DNA of 32,000 bases from Halorhodospira halophila SL1. Its GTDB lineage: Bacteria; Pseudomonadota; Gammaproteobacteria; Nitrococcales; Halorhodospiraceae. How positions within the stretch are numbered: the first letter of the stretch is position 1; the number at the start of each line of letters is the position of its first letter. Below are positions 13,485 to 22,585 of this stretch, in pieces. The notes under the pieces were generated by a model. The model did no database searches, was not told where the DNA came from, and saw only the letters and a list, made by a program, of their open reading frames with translations. The position numbers were made by a program, and so were the translations under genes. The DNA lies in contig NC_008789.1 of NCBI RefSeq assembly GCF_000015585.1, positions 720,001-752,000 on the forward strand, written 5' to 3'.

Positions 13485-16400
13485 CCCGGGATCCCTCCGC
13501 CGTAGACGTCTTCGATGTAGTTCTCGAACCGGGTGTATTCACCCAGGAAGGTGAGCTTGACCGTCCCGATCGGCCCCTGCCGCTGCTTGGCGATGATCAG
13601 CTCGGCCACGCCCTTGTCGGGGGTGTCCTCGTTGTAGACCTCATCGCGGTAGATGAACGCGATCAGGTCCGCGTCCTGTTCGATGGCGCCAGAGTTGTGA
13701 CTGATAATACTGTCTGCCACCCAAGATGCAGGCCCCGGAACCGTCAGGTCGTAGACGTCCTCTTCCCCATCTGGTTCGACAGCGACTAGATGGTCCCAAA
13801 ATACATCGCTTTCGGACTCCATTACACTTCCGGGCTCGGGCACCGTCCGAGCAATCGCGATGCGGTCTTCATCACGGAGCTCATCAACGCGTTTCCAGCC
13901 ACTCCCCGTTAGAAGACGGTGCCGCGCCGTTGCACGCAGCAACCTGCCGCTCGCCAGTTGTACGCGATACACCGGGCGCCGACCGACTCGCCAGACCCGC
14001 TCGGCCTGCGCGGGCACCAAGCGGTGGCGATCATCAATAGCGATAACTTCTGGCGCGCTCCCGACCAACTCTGAAATGGGTCTCCGCTGTCCATCAGCGA
14101 GGAGTACCAGCGTGTCCCCGGTCACGCACTCACGCAGATCCGACATAATCGGCCGCTTGTTCGGCCGCTGTTCCAGCGAGCGGTTGAGCTGCGAAAGGGC
14201 GATCACCGGCGTGTTCAGCTCCTTGGCCAGCGCCTTGAGCCCGCGGGAGATCTCCGAGAGCTCGCCGGCGCGGTTCTCGCGGAAGCCGGGGATCTGCATG
14301 AGCTGCAGGTAGTCGATGACAATCAACCCGAGCTCGTCGTGCTCGCGCTGCAGGCGCCGCGCACGTGCACGGATCTCCGTCGGGGTCAGCCCCGGTGAAT
14401 CGTCGATAAAAAGTGGTGCCTCGGCGAGCAGGCTCATGGTCGAGGTCAACCGGGGCCAGTCGTCGTCCTGCAGCTTGCCCGAGCGCACCCGCTGCAGGTG
14501 CACGCGCCCAAGCGAGGCCAGCATGCGCATCGCCAAGGCGTCCGCTGGCATCTCCATGGAGAACACGGCCACCGGCTTCTTCAGCTGCATCGCCACGTGC
14601 TCGACCATGTTCATCGCCACGGTCGTGTTGTGCACGCACACGTCATTGGCGATGAAGTTGTGGGTCTCGGGAATGGTCAGGTCGTAGACCTGTTTGTGAC
14701 CCAGCGGCCGAATAGAAGCAATGCGATCCCAGTAGAGATCGCTGCTAGCCAGTTGCCTCAACTCACGAGAACCCAGTGCATCGGCGAACGCTGCCAGACG
14801 CTGGCGACTCATGCCGCGCCGATACGCATGGATATTCGACGACGCCACCCCGGCTCGCCGGGCCAATTCAGCCCAGGTCCATTCGCCCCGGGCTCGATCA
14901 ATGAACTGCCAGATCTCGCACGGGATATGATCGGTATGACTCTGCCGGCGCCGGCCGCGCACCGAGGCCGCCACAGAAGCCAGGCGCTGTTCCTTACCCA
15001 GGATGCCGATCTGCTCCGCGAACGTGAGGATCGATTCGGCGTGGGTAATATCCAGTTGCCAGGCTGGCCGTCGGCCGTCTTGGTAGCGCACGGAGCGATG
15101 CCGCAGTTTGGCCAGCACCCCGAAGCGCAGCAGCAGATGCTGGATCTGTCGCGCCAGCGCCTCACTAACGGTGGTGTATCCGATCTGCCCCTGGCCGCTG
15201 GCTAGGTGCGTAACCCACCCATCCGATGAAAACAGCCGATTGAGGAAACGGGCCAGCTGCTCACGCGGCAACCGGAATACGCAGTCCGGGACGGTCTTTT
15301 CATGAGCCGACTTGCCCGCCAACCCAAGCCGATCAAGCCAGGCCTGAAGCGGATTCCGATCGTTGCGCCGGGCCACGGGCTCTGGCCGCAGTTCCCCGAC
15401 ATCGACGCCGAGTTCTCCAGCAAGCAGCCCGACCATCGCGGCATCCGGCACATTCACGCCCTGCCGCCAGTACGTCAGTGTTGCCGGGGCGACCCCGAGG
15501 TTTCGGGCGATAGCCCGACCCGTGAGCGGCGACCGTCGAATCAGGGCGTCGACAAGCGACGCAAAGCTGGACCGGGCCGCTGCGCGTGCCTGCGCGGCAC
15601 CGACCACGACCCAACTCTGCGTCCGGCGACTGGCCCGGATCGGCTTCGCCTCAACGCCGCCAAAGGCGTCCACGGCTTCCAGGAAGTCGGCGGTCATCGC
15701 CTCTTGACCACTGGTCAACCGGGGCGGAGAACCGGTCAACCCGCCATCGCCAATCAGGTGCCCAAGCAGCCGGACCTCGCAGTCGCGTATCGGCTCCTGC
15801 CCAAAGACGGGCAGTTGACGGGGCACACCGATGGCGTCGCCCTCGGCAAGATCCTCGAGCCGCTGCCAGCCGTGGACCGTCAGAAACGGGTGGGTCAGGG
15901 TGGTCTCGATCCGCCGCCCGAGCCGTGTCGTCACCTCGAACACCGGCTTGTGGCCGTCATCGACATAATCACAGGGCTCGGTCCAGGTCAGTCGCCAGTC
16001 GGCCCCCACCGTCGCCAGGTGGGCTCGCCGCTCACGGACAATCTGCTCGATGGTCTTCACGCCACCATCGGCCTGGACAATCTCGGCGTCGTACGCGAGG
16101 CACTTCCCCATGGACGGACGCCCGGCGACGATGACGAGATCGCCGTCCTGCAGGCCGGAGGTCATGTGGTCGAGGTCGTCGAAACCGGTCGCCAGCCCGG
16201 TGACGGCCTCCTGGGTGTGGTAGAGGGTGTCGATGCGGTCGATGACCTGCGGCATGAGCTGCCGCATGCCGACAAAGCCCTGCCGATTCCGGCCGGTCTG
16301 CTCGGCGATCTGGAAGATGGTCTGCTCGGCGTAGTCGAGCAGGTCCTCGCTGTTACGGCCCTGGGGTCGGAAAGCCGCCTCGGCGACATCCGAGCCGGCC

Positions 16401-16777
16401 CGGATCAGCTGCCGGAGAACCGAGCGCTCGCGGACGATGTCCGCATAGGCGCGGATGTTAGCCGCCGATGGGGTCTCGCGGGCGATCCCGCCGAGGTAAC
16501 TGAGGCCACCGGCCTCCTCAAGCTTGCCCTGCTGGCGCAGCCACCCGGAGAGGGTGACCACATCCATCGGGTGATTCCCCTCCGCGAGCTCGCCCATGGC
16601 CCGATAGACCAGGCGATGCTCGCGGCGGTAGAAATCCTCCTCATGGAGACGGTCGGCAACCTGGTCCCAGGCGGCGTTGTCGAGCATCAGCCCGCCCAGC
16701 ACCGCCTGTTCGGCCTCCAGGTCGTGCGGCGGGACCTTCAGGGCCTCGGAGTCCGAGGCGGATCCGTCACCCTGCAC
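13481..16777 (-). CDS. dnaB: Replicative DNA helicase DnaB precursor carrying two inteins (mature exteins 225+166+70 = 461 aa)
   Basis: N-terminal domain PPHDLEAEQAVLGG. Walker A GRPSMGK|..|TT. Walker B LIVIDYLQLM, SQLNR, and C-terminal SGAIEQDADLIAFIYRDEVY. GTG start preceded by GGAGGAG. Confidence 0.95.
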   Translation of the reverse strand: MQGDGSASDSEALKVPPHDLEAEQAVLGGLMLDNAAWDQVADRLHEEDFYRREHRLVYRAMGELAEGNHPMDVVTLSGWLRQQGKLEEAGGLSYLGGIARETPSAANIRAYADIVRERSVLRQLIRAGSDVAEAAFRPQGRNSEDLLDYAEQTIFQIAEQTGRNRQGFVGMRQLMPQVIDRIDTLYHTQEAVTGLATGFDDLDHMTSGLQDGDLVIVAGRPSMGKCLAYDAEIVQADGGVKTIEQIVRERRAHLATVGADWRLTWTEPCDYVDDGHKPVFEVTTRLGRRIETTLTHPFLTVHGWQRLEDLAEGDAIGVPRQLPVFGQEPIRDCEVRLLGHLIGDGGLTGSPPRLTSGQEAMTADFLEAVDAFGGVEAKPIRASRRTQSWVVVGAAQARAAARSSFASLVDALIRRSPLTGRAIARNLGVAPATLTYWRQGVNVPDAAMVGLLAGELGVDVGELRPEPVARRNDRNPLQAWLDRLGLAGKSAHEKTVPDCVFRLPREQLARFLNRLFSSDGWVTHLASGQGQIGYTTVSEALARQIQHLLLRFGVLAKLRHRSVRYQDGRRPAWQLDITHAESILTFAEQIGILGKEQRLASVAASVRGRRRQSHTDHIPCEIWQFIDRARGEWTWAELARRAGVASSNIHAYRRGMSRQRLAAFADALGSRELRQLASSDLYWDRIASIRPLGHKQVYDLTIPETHNFIANDVCVHNTTVAMNMVEHVAMQLKKPVAVFSMEMPADALAMRMLASLGRVHLQRVRSGKLQDDDWPRLTSTMSLLAEAPLFIDDSPGLTPTEIRARARRLQREHDELGLIVIDYLQLMQIPGFRENRAGELSEISRGLKALAKELNTPVIALSQLNRSLEQRPNKRPIMSDLRECVTGDTLVLLADGQRRPISELVGSAPEVIAIDDRHRLVPAQAERVWRVGRRPVYRVQLASGRLLRATARHRLLTGSGWKRVDELRDEDRIAIARTVPEPGSVMESESDVFWDHLVAVEPDGEEDVYDLTVPGPASWVADSIISHNSGAIEQDADLIAFIYRDEVYNEDTPDKGVAELIIAKQRQGPIGTVKLTFLGEYTRFENYIEDVYGGGIPG
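13694..14128 (-). mobile_element. DnaB intein 2: 145-aa mini-intein without an endonuclease domain
   Basis: Starts CVTGDTLVLLADGQRRPISELV after ...MSDLRE. Block B RATARHRLLT. Ends DSIISHN followed by Ser +1 (SGAIEQDAD). Confidence 0.9.
14627..16102 (-). mobile_element. DnaB intein 1: 492 aa, LAGLIDADG homing-endonuclease type, inserted in the P-loop
   Basis: Starts CLAYDAEIV (TGC at 16102-16100) immediately after GK. Block B TLTHPF. LAGLIDADG motifs LLGHLIGDGGL and FLNRLFSSDGW. Ends NDVCVHN (AAC at 14629-14627) followed by Thr +1. Confidence 0.9.
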
Positions 16778-16809
16778 CGTCTCCTCCCCGGGTCAGCCCC
16801 GGCTAGTGA

Positions 16810-17262
16810 TCAGGACGCGTCGCCCTCGACCACGACCTTCACCGTGCCCTCGACATCGGTGTAGAGGGACACCTGCACGTCGTACTCGCCGGCCACCCGG
16901 ATCGGCCCCTCGGGCATGCGCACCTCGCGGCGGGCCAGCTCGACACCGGCCTGCTCGGCGGCCTCGGCGATGTCCGCCGGCCCCACCGAGCCGAACAGCT
17001 TGCCCTGCTCGCCGACCTTCGCCTTGATGGTCAGGGTCAGCTCCTGCAGCTGCTCCAGGCGGGCCTGGGCGGCCTGCTCGGCCTCGCGGGCGGCCTTCTC
17101 GAGCTCGGCACGACGCTCTTCGAAGTAGCGGATGTTCTCCTCGGTGGCCATCTTGGCCTTGCCGTAGGGCAGCAGGTAGTTGCGGCCGTAGCCCGGACGC
17201 ACCCGGACGCGATCACCCAGGTTCCCCAGGTTCGACACCTTTTCCAACAGAATCAGTTCCAT
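16810..17262 (-). CDS. rplI: 50S ribosomal protein L9
   Basis: [36 protein letters not shown]...; start taken at ATG 17262 (GAGGTG RBS). Confidence 0.95.
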   Translation of the reverse strand: MELILLEKVSNLGNLGDRVRVRPGYGRNYLLPYGKAKMATEENIRYFEERRAELEKAAREAEQAAQARLEQLQELTLTIKAKVGEQGKLFGSVGPADIAEAAEQAGVELARREVRMPEGPIRVAGEYDVQVSLYTDVEGTVKVVVEGDAS

Positions 17263-17301
17263 GCCTTGCACCTCGATCTTTCGTATACGGTTGCGGCGGC
17301 G

Positions 17302-18183
17302 CTACTGCGAGGACGCCCCGCCGCCAAGTCGTCGCCGCCACTGAAACAGCGCATCGCCGATGCCCACCAGCGCCAGGGGGCGGAACAGCAGCGGTGCCAG
17401 CAGGTACACCGGCACCAGCCAGCCAACGCTCAGCCCCCGCGCCGCGACCATGGCGTGGCTAAAGGCGATGGCCTGGACCACGAAGGCCACGCCGGTCACC
17501 AGCGCCAGATCGGTGATCAGGCCCGGACCGGCGAACAGCCCACCGAGCCAGAGCACCAGGGCGACCAGCGCCGCCTCGCGCCCCAGGTCCAGGCTGTGAA
17601 ACTCCGCGCGCAGACCGCCCGGATTGTACATCAGCGCCTGCAGCCCCCGGCCGATCAGCAGCCCGGCGAGGACGACGAGCATCAGGTTCATCGCCCACAG
17701 CCCGGTCATCACCGGCAGCAGCTCCTCCTGCAGGAGCGTGCCGCCCTCGGCGCCGAGTTCGCCCTCGGCCCCGGTCACGGCCAGGAAGGCCTCGACCACC
17801 GACTGCCAGTAGGCCGCCGGATCGGGCACCACCAGGTGGAACCCCACCACTGTCGCTGCGCCCAGGGCCATCCACAGCAGCAGCGTCAACGGCAGCGAGA
17901 CACTGCGGCGCAGCACCTCGGCCAGCAGAAGCACCGGCACCCACTGCTCGAGGATGAGCCGCAACGCCGGCTCACCGGTGCCCAGCGCCGCGAACATCAG
18001 GGCGAACAGCGCCGCCCCCGCCATGGCGCCGACCACCACGCCCTGCCGAAGCCCGTCGCGCAGGGTCACCAGCGCCAGGGCGCCGGCGGCCAGCACGGAG
18101 AGCAGCGGCAGCAGGGCCGCCGCCACCATGACCGTCGCGGCCTGGAACGGCCCGCGCAGGATGAAGGCGGCGAACGCCTTCAC
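17302..18183 (-). CDS. Polytopic inner-membrane protein of unknown function, in the conserved position between rpsR and rplI
   Basis: 293 aa, multiple hydrophobic helices. The same position is occupied by a hypothetical membrane protein in Pseudomonas-type operons. Possibly DUF2232, not verifiable here. Confidence 0.7.
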   Translation of the reverse strand: MKAFAAFILRGPFQAATVMVAAALLPLLSVLAAGALALVTLRDGLRQGVVVGAMAGAALFALMFAALGTGEPALRLILEQWVPVLLLAEVLRRSVSLPLTLLLWMALGAATVVGFHLVVPDPAAYWQSVVEAFLAVTGAEGELGAEGGTLLQEELLPVMTGLWAMNLMLVVLAGLLIGRGLQALMYNPGGLRAEFHSLDLGREAALVALVLWLGGLFAGPGLITDLALVTGVAFVVQAIAFSHAMVAARGLSVGWLVPVYLLAPLLFRPLALVGIGDALFQWRRRLGGGASSQ

Positions 18184-18192
18184 GGCCCCGAC

Positions 18193-18417
18193 TTAGTGGC
18201 GGTCCGTGTACGGCAGGAGCGCCAGGTAGCGGGCGCGCTTGATCGCCCGCGCCAGCTGCCGCTGGTAGCGCGCACTCGTGCCGGTGATCCGGCTCGGCAC
18301 GATCTTGCCGGTATCGGTGATGTAGTTCTTCAGCGTGTTGAGATCCTTGTAATCGATCTCCTTCACGCCCTCGGCGGTGAACTTGCAGTACTTACGGCGC
18401 CGGAAGAAACGTCCCAT
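18193..18417 (-). CDS. rpsR: 30S ribosomal protein S18
   Basis: [77 protein letters not shown] at 18417 lies 7 nt after GAGGAG; the track start at 18423 is a TTG. Confidence 0.95.
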
Positions 18418-18465
18418 GGTCAAGCTCCTCGTTGATCGTCGATGTCGGTAGACGCGCGGCGCGGG

Positions 18466-18825
18466 TTACTCCGCGTCTTCGGACTCCTTGCGGTCCTCGC
18501 GCTTCTCGTTGCCCTTGGCCAGCGGCGACGGCTCAGTGACCGCCTCGTCGCGGCTCAGCACCATGTTGCGGATGACCGCGTCATTGAAGCGGAAGGCCGA
18601 GGTGAGCTCGTCCAGCTCGTCCTTGCCGCACTCGACGTTCATCAGCACGTAGTGGGCCTTGATCAGCTTGTTGATCGGGTAGGCCAGCTGCCGACGACCC
18701 CAGTCCTCGAGGCGGTGCACGGTGCCGCCGCTGGACTCGACGATGCTGCGGTAGCGCTCGACCATGGCGGGAACCTGGTCGCTCTGGTCCGGGTGGACCA
18801 TGAAGACAATCTCGTAGTGTCGCAT
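18466..18825 (-). CDS. rpsF: 30S ribosomal protein S6
   Basis: [25 protein letters not shown]... with an acidic tail. AAGGAG RBS. No priB between rpsF and rpsR. Confidence 0.95.
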   Translation of the reverse strand: MRHYEIVFMVHPDQSDQVPAMVERYRSIVESSGGTVHRLEDWGRRQLAYPINKLIKAHYVLMNVECGKDELDELTSAFRFNDAVIRNMVLSRDEAVTEPSPLAKGNEKREDRKESEDAE

Positions 18826-18920
18826 CCGTTACTCCTTACGGTTATTCGAGCCACAGGCTCAAACAGCCTCCACCCCCACGGATGTGAGGCAAGGTTGCAC
18901 CTTGGGTTAAGCGGGCAAGT

Positions 18921-19736
18921 CTACCCGAGATCGCCACCCTGTGGAAAGCGCTGGCGGACCGCCTCGAACAGCAGAACGCCGGCCGCCACGGAGACATTGA
19001 GGCTCTCCATCGACCCCGGCATCGGGATCGCGACCCGTTCGTCGCAGCGCTCCCGGGTCAACCGCCGCAGGCCCTCACCCTCGCCGCCGAGGACCAGGGC
19101 CAGCGGCCCGCGCAGATCCACCTCGTAGCAGCTCTTCTCGGCCTCGCCGGCGGCGCCCACCACGTGGACCCCGGCGTCGCGCAGCTGCTGCAGGGTGCGG
19201 GCGAGATTCGTCACCTGGAAGAACGGGATGCGTTGCACCGCCCCGGCAGCTGTCTTGTGAACCGCCGGACTCAGCGCTGCCGCCCGATCCCGGGGGGCCA
19301 CCACCCCGTGGGCACCGGCCGCGGCGGCACTGCGCATGCACGCACCGAGGTTGTGCGGATCCTGCACCCGATCCAGGACCAGCAGCAGCGGTTCGGGCTC
19401 AGCGTCCACCAGGTCCGCCAGCTCGCCCTCGCCGCGGGCCGGGGTCCCGCTGTAGCGCAGGACGATGCCCTGGTGGTTACCGCCCTCGGCCATCTGATCG
19501 AGAACCCGCCGATGGACCCGTTCGACGGTCACGCCCTGACGACCGAGTTTGTCGAGCAGGCGCTCCAGCCGGGCGTCCCGCCGGCCGTGCTCCACCCAGA
19601 CCGCCTCCACGCCGGCCGGGTCGTAGGCGGCGGCCTCACGCGCAGCGTGCTGACCGTAGACCAGCGCGGCGGGATCCGCGGGGTCGGCGGGAGCCGGCCT
19701 GGCGCCCCGCCCCCGGCGTCGCTTGTTCTGCGCCAT
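18921..19736 (-). CDS. rlmB: 23S rRNA (guanosine-2'-O)-methyltransferase, SpoU/TrmH family
   Basis: 271 aa. SpoU motifs LDRVQDPHNLGACMRSA, LVLGGEGEGL, IPM.GSMESLNVSVAAGV. Conserved position after rnr. Confidence 0.9.
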   Translation of the reverse strand: MAQNKRRRGRGARPAPADPADPAALVYGQHAAREAAAYDPAGVEAVWVEHGRRDARLERLLDKLGRQGVTVERVHRRVLDQMAEGGNHQGIVLRYSGTPARGEGELADLVDAEPEPLLLVLDRVQDPHNLGACMRSAAAAGAHGVVAPRDRAAALSPAVHKTAAGAVQRIPFFQVTNLARTLQQLRDAGVHVVGAAGEAEKSCYEVDLRGPLALVLGGEGEGLRRLTRERCDERVAIPMPGSMESLNVSVAAGVLLFEAVRQRFPQGGDLG

Positions 19737-19741
19737 GGTCG

Positions 19742-22270
19742 TTAGCTGCTGTCGCCGCCGGCGCTACTGCTGCTGCGCCGACGACCGGAGCGCCGGCTTC
19801 GGCGCCGCCCCTTGCTGGCGCCGCCATCCTGCGCTTCGGCCGTCGGCTCCGCCGACTCCTCGGCTGCTTCGGCCGGCTTGCCCTTGCCGTCACCGGAGGG
19901 GCCGGATCCGGATGGAGCGGCCTTGCCCCGGCCGCTTTTCGCGCGCCCCCCGGAGGCCCCTTGGCGCGCCGCAGACTGCTTGCCGCCGGAGCGCTCCGAA
20001 CGGGCCTTGCCGCCCTGACCGCTCTTGCCACCCTTGCCACGCTTGCGGCTGCCGTCCAGCGGTTCACCGTCGGCATCCACCGGATGGGCGACCACCTCGA
20101 GGTCGATCTTGCGATCGTCCTTGTCGACGCGCCCCACGCGGACCCGGACCCGGTCACTGAGCCGGTACTCCTTGCCGGTGCGGTCGCCGACCAGCCGATG
20201 CCCCACCGAATCGAAGTGGAAGAAGTCACTCTCCAGGTTAGTGATGTGCACCAGGCCGTCCACGTAGACCCCCTCCAGCGAGACGAACAGCCCGAAGGAG
20301 GTCACCGCCGCGATCACCCCGGTGAACTCATCCCCCAGGTGGTCCGAGAGGTACTCGCACTTGAGCGTCATCTCGGCATCGCGAGTCGCCTCGTCGGCCC
20401 GGCGCTCCGCCATCGAGCAGTGCTCGCCGAGGGTGACCAGGTCGTTGTGGGTCATCGGGAAGCTACGCCCCCGGTGGCCATCAATCACGTGGCCGATCCC
20501 TCGGTGGATCACCAGATCCGGATAACGACGGATGGGCGAGGTGAAGTGGGTATACGCCTCCAGCGCCAGCCCGAAGTGACCCGCATTATCGGGGCGATAC
20601 TCGGCCGCCTGCATCGAGCGCAGCAGCACCGTCTCAATCAGGTGGCGATCCGGGCGCTCGCGGGCCTGCTCCATGATCCGGCCATAATCCTTGCCGGTGG
20701 GCTCATCACCGCCGCCGAGTTCCAGCCCGGCCTGGGCGAGGAACTCCTTGAGCTGCTCGAGCTTCTGCTCACCGGGGCGCTCGTGGACCCGATAGAGCGA
20801 CGGCACCTTGTTCTTGAGCAGGAACTTGGCCGTGCAGACGTTGGCAGCGATCATGCATTCTTCCACGACCTTGTGGAAGTCGTTGCGCTCGGTGGGCTCG
20901 ACGGCCACCACACGCCCCTCGTCATCGAAGCGCATCTCGGTCTCGGTGGTGTCGAAGTCGATGGCCCCCCGCTCGTCGCGGGCCTTGCGCAGCGTCTTGT
21001 AGAGGCCGTGCAGGTTCTCCAGGTGGCGCACCACCTCGTCGCCGATGGCCGATCGCACCTTGCGGTCGCCGTCGACCACGGCCGCCGCGGCCTGTTCGTA
21101 GGTCAGCCGCGCCGCCGACTGGATCACCGCGCGGTAGAAGCGCGAGCGCAGCACCTTGCCGTTGCCCTGCAAGAGCATGTCGCAGACCATGGCCAGTCGA
21201 TCGACCTTGGGGTTCAGCGAGCACAGCCCGTTGGACAGGGCCTCGGGCAGCATCGGCACCACCGAACGCGGGAAGTAGACCGAGTTGCCCCGCAGGCGCG
21301 CCTCCTGATCCAGCGCCGTGCCGGGGCGCACGTAGTGCGAGACGTCGGCGATGGCCACCACCAGGCGCCAGCCCTTGGCGGTGGGCTCGCAATAGAGCGC
21401 GTCGTCGAAGTCCTTGGCGTCGGCACCGTCGATGGTCACCAGCGGCAGCCGGCGCAGATCGGTGCGCCCTTCCTTGTCGGCCTCCGGGACCTCCTCACCG
21501 AAGGCCGCAACCTCTTTCTCCACCTCAGCGGGCCAATCCATGGGGATGCCGTGGATCCGCGCCGCCACCATGTCCTCTTCGCCGACATGGATCGTGCGCC
21601 CGAGCACCTGGATGATCCGGCCGATGGGCTGGCGACGCTCGTTGGGCTGGGCGAGGATCTCGGCCACCGCCAGCTCACCGTCCTCGGCACCGCCGCGCCC
21701 GTCCGGCGCAAGCAGGACGTCCTGCTGCAGCCGCTTGTTCTCCGGCACCAGGAACCCGACCCCGTGCTCCTCAAAGAACCGCCCGGTGATCTGCCGGTTG
21801 CCGCGCTCGAGGATCTCGACCAGCTCACCCTGCGGGGTACCGTGCTCGTCGCGGCCGGTGATGCGTGCTACAGCGCGATCGCCGTGGAGCAGGCAGCGCA
21901 TCTGACGCGGCGACAGGGCCAACCGGTCGCCCGTGCCATCGGGCAGAAGGAAGCCGGAGCCGTCCGGGCGGCCCATGACTCGACCGCGGACCAGTTCGCT
22001 GTGATCGACGACCAGGTACCCGCGGCGGCGGTTGCGCACCAGCTGCCCGTCGCGCTCCATGGCGCGCAGCCGGCGACGCAGCGCCTCGTGATGCTCCGGG
22101 CTCTCCAGCCCCAGGGCGTCGGCGATCTCGCGCCGGCCCAGCGGGCGCCGATGGGCAGCGAGGAGTTCCAGCAGATACTCCCGGCTGGGGATGGGGTTGT
22201 CGTACTTCGCTTGTTCGCGCTCCTGATAAGGATCGCGTTTCGGGGGACTTTTCTTGGTTTGCTTCGCCAT
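19742..22270 (-). CDS. rnr: Ribonuclease R
   Basis: Start taken at MAKQTKKSPPKRDPYQEREQAKYDNPIPSREYLL (ATG 22270). RNB domain DGADAKDFDDA. S1 domain GVIAAVTSFGLFVSL. Long Lys/Arg/Gly-rich C-terminal tail. Confidence 0.95.
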   Translation of the reverse strand: MAKQTKKSPPKRDPYQEREQAKYDNPIPSREYLLELLAAHRRPLGRREIADALGLESPEHHEALRRRLRAMERDGQLVRNRRRGYLVVDHSELVRGRVMGRPDGSGFLLPDGTGDRLALSPRQMRCLLHGDRAVARITGRDEHGTPQGELVEILERGNRQITGRFFEEHGVGFLVPENKRLQQDVLLAPDGRGGAEDGELAVAEILAQPNERRQPIGRIIQVLGRTIHVGEEDMVAARIHGIPMDWPAEVEKEVAAFGEEVPEADKEGRTDLRRLPLVTIDGADAKDFDDALYCEPTAKGWRLVVAIADVSHYVRPGTALDQEARLRGNSVYFPRSVVPMLPEALSNGLCSLNPKVDRLAMVCDMLLQGNGKVLRSRFYRAVIQSAARLTYEQAAAAVVDGDRKVRSAIGDEVVRHLENLHGLYKTLRKARDERGAIDFDTTETEMRFDDEGRVVAVEPTERNDFHKVVEECMIAANVCTAKFLLKNKVPSLYRVHERPGEQKLEQLKEFLAQAGLELGGGDEPTGKDYGRIMEQARERPDRHLIETVLLRSMQAAEYRPDNAGHFGLALEAYTHFTSPIRRYPDLVIHRGIGHVIDGHRGRSFPMTHNDLVTLGEHCSMAERRADEATRDAEMTLKCEYLSDHLGDEFTGVIAAVTSFGLFVSLEGVYVDGLVHITNLESDFFHFDSVGHRLVGDRTGKEYRLSDRVRVRVGRVDKDDRKIDLEVVAHPVDADGEPLDGSRKRGKGGKSGQGGKARSERSGGKQSAARQGASGGRAKSGRGKAAPSGSGPSGDGKGKPAEAAEESAEPTAEAQDGGASKGRRRSRRSGRRRSSSSAGGDSS

Positions 22271-22360
22271 TGTGACTTCCTTAGATTCGTGCCCAGAGGA
22301 TACGCCAGCGGAGAGGGCCTCCACAAAGGATTCCGGACGCTTGGCGATGCCACCCCCCTG

Positions 22361-22390
22361 TTGACACCTGCCCCGGGGCCCCGTTAGAGT
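22361..22390 (+). promoter_or_regulatory. Candidate sigma70 promoter of tRNA-Leu
   Basis: TTGACA (22361-22366), 18-nt spacer, TAGAGT (22385-22390), followed by the GC-rich discriminator-like TTCGCGCAC. The mature tRNA starts about 30 nt further on. Confidence 0.45.
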
Positions 22391-22425
22391 TTCGCGCACT
22401 CGCTGACGAGGCATTCAGCGGGCAT

Positions 22426-22512
22426 GCCGAGGTGGCGAAATTGGTAGACGCGCTAGCTTCAGGTGCTAGTGGGGGAAACCCCGTGGAGGTTCGAGTCCTC
22501 TCCTCGGCACCA
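22426..22512 (+). tRNA. tRNA-Leu, anticodon CAG, CCA encoded
   Basis: 87 nt. Acceptor GCCGAGG/CCTCGGC. Anticodon arm CTAGC-TTCAGGT-GCTAG. Long variable arm GGGG-GAAA-CCCC. T arm GGAGG-TTCGAGT-CCTCT. Close to E. coli tRNA-Leu(CAG) from memory. Confidence 0.95.
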
Positions 22513-22550
22513 ATTTCCCCAGTCTTCTGGGCCTACGGCTCGGAAGCGAA

Positions 22551-22585
22551 AACCCCCGGGAGGCCTCCTCTCGGGGGTTTTTTTA
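22551..22585 (+). terminator. Rho-independent terminator after tRNA-Leu (potentially bidirectional)
   Basis: ACCCCCG...CGGGGGT stem with inner GGA/TCC pairing, followed by seven T (22578-22584). The reverse strand also ends in a TTTTCGCTT tract. Confidence 0.7.

Noticed and set aside
15302-16864. 520-aa ORF on the plus strand
   Set aside because: It is antisense to dnaB and intein 1, low-complexity and Arg/Pro/Gly-rich. The same reasoning covers the smaller overlapping ORFs between 13.7 and 16.7 kb.
17266-18435. 389-aa ORF on the plus strand
   Set aside because: It is antisense to the membrane protein and rpsR, and its His/Gln/Arg/Pro-rich translation has no recognisable domain. Other long antisense ORFs are rejected likewise: 23103..24233, 28210..29067, 12639..13505, 12098..12988, 9873..10718 and 8461..9180.
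18826-18920. rpsF leader as the S6:S18 autoregulatory RNA motif, and a promoter call
   Set aside because: Small hairpins exist on the minus strand (AGGCT-GTTTG-AGCCT, GAGCC-TGT-GGCTC, CAAGG-TGCAA-CCTTG). I cannot match them to the known motif from memory, and the best -35/-10 pair (TTAACC/TCACAT) is weak. A covariance-model search is needed.
19961-22387. 808-aa ORF on the plus strand
   Set aside because: It is exactly antisense to RNase R, which has unmistakable homology. Its translation is Arg/Pro/Gly/Ala/Leu-rich with no motifs. This is the typical stop-codon-poor antisense frame of high-GC DNA.
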